From Coprothermobacterota bacterium (GTDB taxonomy: Bacteria > Coprothermobacterota > HKB111), in the NCBI GenBank assembly GCA_037440465.1, contig JBBIUB010000007.1:1-64000 (forward strand): a stretch of DNA of 64,000 nt, written 5' to 3'. Positions 58,379-64,000 of this stretch are shown piece after piece (position 1 is the stretch's first letter; every line of letters begins with the position of its first letter). The translations under genes and the position numbers were made by a program. The notes below the pieces were generated by a model. It saw nothing but the letters and a program-made list of their open reading frames with translations, did no database searches and had not been told where the DNA came from.

Positions 58379-59219
58379 ATTTTTTCATCTCCCGATAGGT
58401 TTTTAAGAAATTACGGGCAAATTTATCTTTCCCAAGAAGTAAATCACAAGCGAGAACAGTCTGGCGGGTAAGGAAGGGGTCGGTTATCAAACAGGTAACA
58501 CCTTCAGCCAGAACCATGGAAATAAAGGAGCAGTTGATAACCTGCCTTAATGGTAAGCCAAAGGAGATATTACTTATACCCAACACCTGATTAACTCCCA
58601 TTTCCTTTTTTATTAACCTGATGGTCTCAAGAGTTTTCGAGGCTGCCTGAATATCAGTGCCAACCGTTAAAGTTAGACTGTCTATTATGATATTTTCTCT
58701 GGGAATACCCATCTCCTGGGCGCGATTTACAATCTTCCAGGTAATTTCCAGACGTTTATAGGGTTCCTGGGGGATACCCTGATCATCTATGGTTAAACCA
58801 ATAACAGCAGTATTAAATCTCTTAACCAGGGGTAGAACCTCCTGAAGAGACTGCTCCTGGCCGGTAACTGAATTAATCAAAGGTTTACCAATATAAACCT
58901 TTAGAGCTGCCTCCAGGCAACGAGGGTTAGCACTATCAATACATAGTGGAACATCAACACTTTCCATAACCGTTTTCAACACTTCGGGAAGCAGGGCTTT
59001 TTCATCCAGTCCCGGGACACAAGCATTTACATCCAGAATGTGGGCACCTACCTTTACCTGTCTGAGGGCTTCGTCACTGATGAAGGAAAAATCCCTCTCC
59101 TGGAGAGCCTTAACCATTCTTACCTTCCCGGTGGGATTAATACTTTCTCCAATTATTATAGTGGGTTGATTATCACCTATAACTACTTCTTTTGAACTGC
59201 TGGTAACTATTGTTTTCAC
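58377..59219 (-). CDS. Methylcorrinoid:tetrahydrofolate methyltransferase (pterin-binding, MT2/AcsE-like)
   Basis: IIGESINPTGK, LDVN, PLCIDS, PLINSV, LGISNISFGLP. Confidence 0.88.
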   Translation of the reverse strand: MKTIVTSSSKEVVIGDNQPTIIIGESINPTGKVRMVKALQERDFSFISDEALRQVKVGAHILDVNACVPGLDEKALLPEVLKTVMESVDVPLCIDSANPRCLEAALKVYIGKPLINSVTGQEQSLQEVLPLVKRFNTAVIGLTIDDQGIPQEPYKRLEITWKIVNRAQEMGIPRENIIIDSLTLTVGTDIQAASKTLETIRLIKKEMGVNQVLGISNISFGLPLRQVINCSFISMVLAEGVTCLITDPFLTRQTVLACDLLLGKDKFARNFLKTYREMKK

Positions 59220-59225
59220 TGATCT

Positions 59226-59930
59226 TCACCTCTCTGATGGTCCTGATGATTTATTATATCTACATTTACCCTGCCCCTCGCAATAAGTACATAGAGGATT
59301 ATCTGTTTGGTTAAAGGGATTAGCACTTGAACCAATAACCATGGAAAGGGATTTTCGAGGGTCTAACATTAAATGAGAAGTCAAAGAGATATTCGTGTTT
59401 TGAGCTTTTGCCAGCTTATATATATTACCTTGCTCTTCCAGAGGGAAGCCCCGAAGCCCTGGTGTGAGGGGTTTACTAGTATAATATCCTTTCTTCTCAG
59501 CATTTAAACCAACTATCTGACAGATATTAATTGCCAGGAGATTAAGGGCAAAATTGCCAATATCATCCATTAAAACTGCTTTAACCATCTTTTTTTTCCG
59601 ATAATAATGCTCAACTTCCCTTTCCAGATCCTTTCCTATCGTACAAACTAGGGTGATAACCTCCTCAGCTAATTTAAGTAAGTGAGAGGGTAAGGTTCCT
59701 CTTAGGACCTCCCCTCCCTCAAGATAGATTTTGTCATTATCAATTTCAGTTATTCTGTAAGTTTCGAAAATAGCCTGGGGTTTCAAAATCCTGTGGTTAT
59801 TTATCTCGTAGACCAACTCATTGATAATAACTCTGCTTTGCAAACCTGCCTTTTCTCTGTTAAAAAAAGGGATAAATTTAAGGACCTCTTGGGCTTCTAT
59901 GATAGTTTCTGGGGTAAATATTTCGGACAT
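59226..59930 (-). CDS. Stand-alone B12 methionine-synthase activation-domain-like protein
   Basis: VCTIGKDLE, TPG...LEEQ, LMLDPRKSLSMVIG, C-terminal CTYC...C; sits inside the corrinoid operon. Confidence 0.65.
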   Translation of the reverse strand: MSEIFTPETIIEAQEVLKFIPFFNREKAGLQSRVIINELVYEINNHRILKPQAIFETYRITEIDNDKIYLEGGEVLRGTLPSHLLKLAEEVITLVCTIGKDLEREVEHYYRKKKMVKAVLMDDIGNFALNLLAINICQIVGLNAEKKGYYTSKPLTPGLRGFPLEEQGNIYKLAKAQNTNISLTSHLMLDPRKSLSMVIGSSANPFNQTDNPLCTYCEGQGKCRYNKSSGPSER

Positions 59931-59962
59931 GGCAAATAGGTAGATGGAAGTCTTTTTAAAAA

Positions 59963-60604
59963 TTAGCGGGTTCTTTCGACCAATTCCCGGGCTAATCTCA
60001 CAGCAGCACTGGCATTGGAACCGTAACCATCAGCACCAATCATCTCGGCATATCTATCGCTGGCAGCTGCCCCACCAATCATCACTTTTACTTTATCTGT
60101 CAGATTTGCTTCTTTCAGTTTTTTAATAACTTCTAAAAACTGAAGAGCAGTGGTACTCAAAAAAGCGGACATGCCTACTACCTCTGCTTTCTCCTGCTTA
60201 ATTTTTTCTATGAAGGTTTGGGCAGGAACATCTACCCCGAGGTCAAACACCTCAAAACCGGCTCCCTCTAACATCATACACACTATCTGCTTACCTATGT
60301 CGTGTATATCTCCCTCAACAGTTCCCATCACAACTTTACCGGCTTTTGGTACTCCTGTTTTTACCAGAAGGGGTTTAAGGATTTCCATAGCTCCTTTAAG
60401 GGTCTCTGCTGACATCAACATCTCAGGTAGGAATAGATTTCCTTTTTCATATTCCTGACCTACATAATCCATGGCCGGAGTAAGAGCCTCATAGATGATT
60501 TTTTCAGGTTCAAGGTTATTTTCCAGAGCTTTTTTGGTAAACTCTATAACCATTTCACTATCCGTGTTTTTGATGCTTTCTTTTATTTTTTCTAGATAAT
60601 CCAT
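59963..60604 (-). CDS. Corrinoid (cobalamin-binding) protein
   Basis: FLPEML, GTVEGDIHDIGK (DxHxxG), DLGVDV, VMIGGA. Confidence 0.95.
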   Translation of the reverse strand: MDYLEKIKESIKNTDSEMVIEFTKKALENNLEPEKIIYEALTPAMDYVGQEYEKGNLFLPEMLMSAETLKGAMEILKPLLVKTGVPKAGKVVMGTVEGDIHDIGKQIVCMMLEGAGFEVFDLGVDVPAQTFIEKIKQEKAEVVGMSAFLSTTALQFLEVIKKLKEANLTDKVKVMIGGAAASDRYAEMIGADGYGSNASAAVRLARELVERTR

Positions 60605-60631
60605 TTTTTTCCTCCTAAGTTAGAATTTATT

Positions 60632-60667
60632 TCACCCTCCCCCTAATCCCCTCCCTTCCAGGAGGGG
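60632..60667. repeat. REP-like palindromic element, copy 1
   Basis: TCACCCTCCCCCTAATCCCCTCCCTTCCAGGAGGGG; 34/36 identical to 62253-62288. Confidence 0.8.
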
Positions 60668-60675
60668 AGATGTTT

Positions 60676-62160
60676 TCATGCAAGAACAGGTAAATGATCC
60701 AGGCCATATTTTCTAGCATCTTGAAGCATTATCTTGTTAAGCTCGTTTTCTGTATCTGTATCAAGGGGGACTGGTTTATGAGTTGAGAGAATCTTTTTAA
60801 CCTCAGCCTGGGCTCTTTGTTGAGAATTGGTGGCACCCTTTTTAATCCAGGCCTGATCATCTTCCCGACTAATTACTGTCCCAGGGTAAAAGTATTCTTT
60901 TTTGAACCACTTGAGGGTGCTGGGGGAAAGGAGAAAATGTTTACCATCATATAAACCATCTGTGAAAAGGTCTTCTGCCAGTACCTCCCCGTGGCAGGAT
61001 ATCCCCTGGACAAGACGTCTGGCCATACCACAGATTTCATTGTCAATAACAAGTTTTTCCAGACTCTGGGTAGTTTCAAAGTTCATCATACCTGCTCCGG
61101 TAATGATATTTATACCTGCTAAAGCGCCAAGAAGGGTTCCTGAAGCAGTTTCAAGACCGGTCTGAACATCAATACATTTGGAATCACTCATACCGATATA
61201 AGCCTGAGTGGGGATATTTAAATATTTTCCAATCTCACAGTAGGCTATATCAAACATTATGGTTTCAATAGCCCCCATAGGTGTGGTTCCATAATGCATA
61301 TCAAAAGCTGAAGGTGATCCTCCCCAGATTAAGGGAGCTCCTTCCCTGGTCAGTTGACTTATAACCACCCCACTTAAACTCTCCGCTGTATGCTGTACCA
61401 GGCTCCCCCCGAGGGTAATTGGAGCAGTTACCCCTGTTAAGGGCATGGAGATTAAAATAATGGGGATACCATATTTAGCTCCCTCCATTAAATCATGACA
61501 GGTCAGGTCACTCCACTTTAAGGGTGGGGAGGGACAGGCAGCTAAAGCACAGAGAGGTTTTTCTCTCAGGTTTTTCTCGCTTCCTCTGATAGCTATCAGC
61601 AGGTTCTTTTCTACCTGGAAACCATCCATCGTAAAGGTTCCACCGTTGGTAGTGGGTTTGGTGGAATATTTAAGACTGAGAAACAACCTGAATCTATCCC
61701 TGATTTCCACAGGGACATCGGTGGGAACAACTCCTCCACCAAGTCCATCAATATAGGGTAAATAGTCAGCTACAATAAAATGCTCAATGGTATCTGATGT
61801 TAAAGGATCCCTGATTACCTTTTTTTCTTCATCCCAAACCTTGGTAGCAGCACTCCCTGGTTCAAAATAGAAGCTGTCACCTTTAAGTTCAATGCAAAGT
61901 TTTTCGCTTCTATCGTAAAATAATATTTCTGAAGGAACTGTTTTTAAATGTTTTTCAACCAGGTCTCTGTTAATATAGATTCTATTGCTGGTAGGTTCAA
62001 CTCTTTCACCGGAATCACTCAACAATTCAAGGGCAGGTTTATAATCTACCCATACCCCTGTTTTTTCCAGTACATCCATAGCTTCATCAATAATTTTTTC
62101 TATAAAATCTCTGGATAATAATTTAACAGTTGGTCTGATAGTTGGTATTTCCCCTTTCAC
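60676..62160 (-). CDS. Non-pyrrolysine trimethylamine methyltransferase (MttB) superfamily protein
   Basis: VLEKTGV, PSPPLKW, APITLGGSLVQHTAE, GMSDSKCIDVQTGLE, GAGMM, LVIDNEI; no in-frame TAG. Confidence 0.92.
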   Translation of the reverse strand: MKGEIPTIRPTVKLLSRDFIEKIIDEAMDVLEKTGVWVDYKPALELLSDSGERVEPTSNRIYINRDLVEKHLKTVPSEILFYDRSEKLCIELKGDSFYFEPGSAATKVWDEEKKVIRDPLTSDTIEHFIVADYLPYIDGLGGGVVPTDVPVEIRDRFRLFLSLKYSTKPTTNGGTFTMDGFQVEKNLLIAIRGSEKNLREKPLCALAACPSPPLKWSDLTCHDLMEGAKYGIPIILISMPLTGVTAPITLGGSLVQHTAESLSGVVISQLTREGAPLIWGGSPSAFDMHYGTTPMGAIETIMFDIAYCEIGKYLNIPTQAYIGMSDSKCIDVQTGLETASGTLLGALAGINIITGAGMMNFETTQSLEKLVIDNEICGMARRLVQGISCHGEVLAEDLFTDGLYDGKHFLLSPSTLKWFKKEYFYPGTVISREDDQAWIKKGATNSQQRAQAEVKKILSTHKPVPLDTDTENELNKIMLQDARKYGLDHLPVLA

Positions 62161-62218
62161 AGAATTCCTCCTTTTTCATATTATTCGGATAATGAATAAT
62201 CATCACCGGACTATTTTT

Positions 62219-62247
62219 AATATAACTTAAAACCAAAAGCCTGTCAA
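62219..62247 (-). promoter_or_regulatory. Sigma70-type promoter of the mttB operon
   Basis: Minus strand TTGACA-N17-TATATT. Confidence 0.7.
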
Positions 62248-62252
62248 TGTTA

Positions 62253-62288
62253 TCACCCTCCCCTTAATCCCCTCCTTTCCAGGAGGGG
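62253..62288. repeat. REP-like palindromic element, copy 2
   Basis: TCACCCTCCCCTTAATCCCCTCCTTTCCAGGAGGGG with hairpin CCCCTCCT-TTCC-AGGAGGGG. Confidence 0.8.
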
Positions 62289-62475
62289 TTGAAAAGGAAG
62301 TAATCACCTCCCTTCACAGACTGTATCACAATTCTCGCCTTTGAAAGCAAGTGGTACAAATGTGACTAAAAAGTAACAAATAATAGTAGTTATTGGTACA
62401 TAAGGGGGGTATATTCCATTTCAGTGCCTTGGTTGAGAGCAACACTTTAATGGTATAATCAAGTAATTAACAGCA

Positions 62476-64000
62476 ATGTCCAACTCCTTTAAAATTACCA
62501 TTCATCCTTATAACAGGGAAGTTACCGCTTCTCCTAAGACAGATTTTTTAGATGTCCTTCTCCAATCAGGTATTAAGGTTGAAAGTGATTGCGGGGGTAA
62601 AGGAACCTGCGGTAAATGCAGGGTGAAAATATTATCTGGAAAAGTCAAAGCTAATCCCGCCCACCATAAGAAACATTTATCAAAAAGTGATATTAAATCT
62701 GGCGTTGTGTTAGCTTGTCAGGTGAAGGTGCTTAGCAACCTGGAAGTAAAAATTGAAAAGCTAATTGAAAGTGTTATCCCTAAAAAATCCCTGAATATCT
62801 CTCAGGTATCTTTAAAACCCGAACCCCTGGTTAAGAAGTTGTATATCAAACTCAAACCTCCCTCTCCTGAAGATACAACACCTGACTTAGACCGACTGCT
62901 TGCCTGTTTGCCAGTGAACACAGAGGTTTCAGATTATAACATTCTTCCTAATTTAACCGAAAAAATCAGGCAAGAAGATTTTAAAATAACTGCTGTCACC
63001 TCTGGCAACCGTCTTCTGTCAGTGGAACCCTTAGATACAACAAACCAGCTTTATGGCATTGCCTTTGATCTGGGTACAACCACACTGATGGGAGCACTCC
63101 TGGACCTAAATACAGGAAAAACTGTACAGGTCTTAGCCAGGGATAACCCCCAGATGGTTTTTGGTTCTGATGTGATATCAAGGGCAGACTACGCCCTTAA
63201 GAAAAAGGATGGTATTTTCAAACTTAAACAAACCTTGGTAAAGGTGTTAAATGATATAATAAATAAACTTGCCCTACTGCAAAACATCAAAAATGATGAT
63301 ATCTATGAAATAACTGTTGTGGGCAACACCATGATGACTCATTTGTTCCTGGGTCTCAACCCTTACTACCTAGTTCGTTCCCCCTTTATTTCTGTACATA
63401 GTAAGATGTTGATATTCTATGCCCGAGAGACCGGTTTAGAGATAAACTCAACGGGTCAGGTAGTTGTTTTACCCAATGTGGCAGCCTTCGTTGGTTCAGA
63501 TATCCTGGGAGCTTTAATCGCCTGTGAATTTGACAGGCCAGAGGAAAGGACAAAACTCCTCATTGACCTGGGCACCAATAGTGAAATAGCCTTATCAACT
63601 AAAAACAGAGTCCTTGTTTGCTCAACAGCTGCCGGACCTGCCTTTGAGGGAGCTCATATAAAATCTGGAATGAGAGCCCTGGAAGGTGCTATTGAAAACA
63701 TCGAACTAAACTATCCTCCAAACTTAAAGGTTATAGGGAACAGCAAACCTAGGGGAATCTGCGGATCTGGACTGGTAAATATTGTGGCTAAGTTTCTGGA
63801 TGCAGGATTGATTTCCGTTAGTGGACGCTTTACAGAGATCTCCCACTGGAAAGGTTACCCAGCACTAATAAACAGATTTAGAAAGGGCGGTAAAACAGAA
63901 TATTTTATAATCTCACACCGGGAGCATAATGCCATTGATGAGAATATTGTGCTAATGCAGAAGGACATAAGAGAGCTCCAGATGGCAAAAGCAGCTATTC
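62476..64000 (+). CDS. ATP-dependent reductive activator of corrinoid proteins (RACE/RACo, 2Fe-2S + ASKHA); runs off the window
   Basis: Absent from the ORF track. Hand translation: CGGKGTCGKC...LACQ, DLGTTT, FGSDVISR, IDLGTNSE, AAGPAFEG, GICGSG, QKDIRELQMAKAAI. Confidence 0.92.
   Translation, partial: MSNSFKITIHPYNREVTASPKTDFLDVLLQSGIKVESDCGGKGTCGKCRVKILSGKVKANPAHHKKHLSKSDIKSGVVLACQVKVLSNLEVKIEKLIESVIPKKSLNISQVSLKPEPLVKKLYIKLKPPSPEDTTPDLDRLLACLPVNTEVSDYNILPNLTEKIRQEDFKITAVTSGNRLLSVEPLDTTNQLYGIAFDLGTTTLMGALLDLNTGKTVQVLARDNPQMVFGSDVISRADYALKKKDGIFKLKQTLVKVLNDIINKLALLQNIKNDDIYEITVVGNTMMTHLFLGLNPYYLVRSPFISVHSKMLIFYARETGLEINSTGQVVVLPNVAAFVGSDILGALIACEFDRPEERTKLLIDLGTNSEIALSTKNRVLVCSTAAGPAFEGAHIKSGMRALEGAIENIELNYPPNLKVIGNSKPRGICGSGLVNIVAKFLDAGLISVSGRFTEISHWKGYPALINRFRKGGKTEYFIISHREHNAIDENIVLMQKDIRELQMAKAAI

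Noticed and set aside
60676..62160. Pyrrolysine recoding in MttB
   Set aside because: The ORF is full length with no in-frame TAG.
62161..62475. Cobalamin or SAM riboswitch, or an IS end, between mttB and the activator
   Set aside because: No conserved riboswitch core or partner inverted repeat was seen; only a weak palindrome TGTGACT-N4-AGTAACA at 62361-62378.
152..63181. Many short antisense or overlapping ORFs in the track (e.g. 152-451, 9701-10054, 53725-53970, 62996-63181)
   Set aside because: They are shadows of real genes or low-complexity DNA, with no motifs or ribosome-binding sites.

Overview
AT-rich chromosomal segment of an anaerobic bacterium with Firmicutes-like gene order, probably spanning the replication terminus. 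From left to right: (1) a truncated NERD nuclease gene behind an integron attI-like site; (2) a sugar-scavenging operon (ROK kinase, GH13, MFS, GH36, PfkB, GH1); (3) an orphan S-layer-anchored (SLH) family-5 solute-binding protein; (4) a compact selenocysteine glycine/sarcosine reductase operon with two gene fusions (thioredoxin-GrdE and GrdC-GrdD) and UGA-recoded GrdA and GrdB that the ORF track splits; (5) 2-oxoacid:ferredoxin oxidoreductase, Gdh and Pyk; (6) a long housekeeping run (dacA-cdaR-glmM-glmS through miaB-miaA-hflX) in which ffh/ftsY, rimM, acpP/fab, hfq and mutSL are missing from their usual positions; (7) a near-consensus 28-bp dif site beside an intact Xer-like recombinase that has lost most catalytic residues; (8) an integrase-less integron-type cassette and a dimethylargininase; (9) an NhaC-family transporter and a complete non-pyrrolysine MttB corrinoid methyltransferase system with its RACE/RamA-type activator. 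No rRNA, tRNA or CRISPR array was seen. All calls are from reading motifs by eye; no searches were run.
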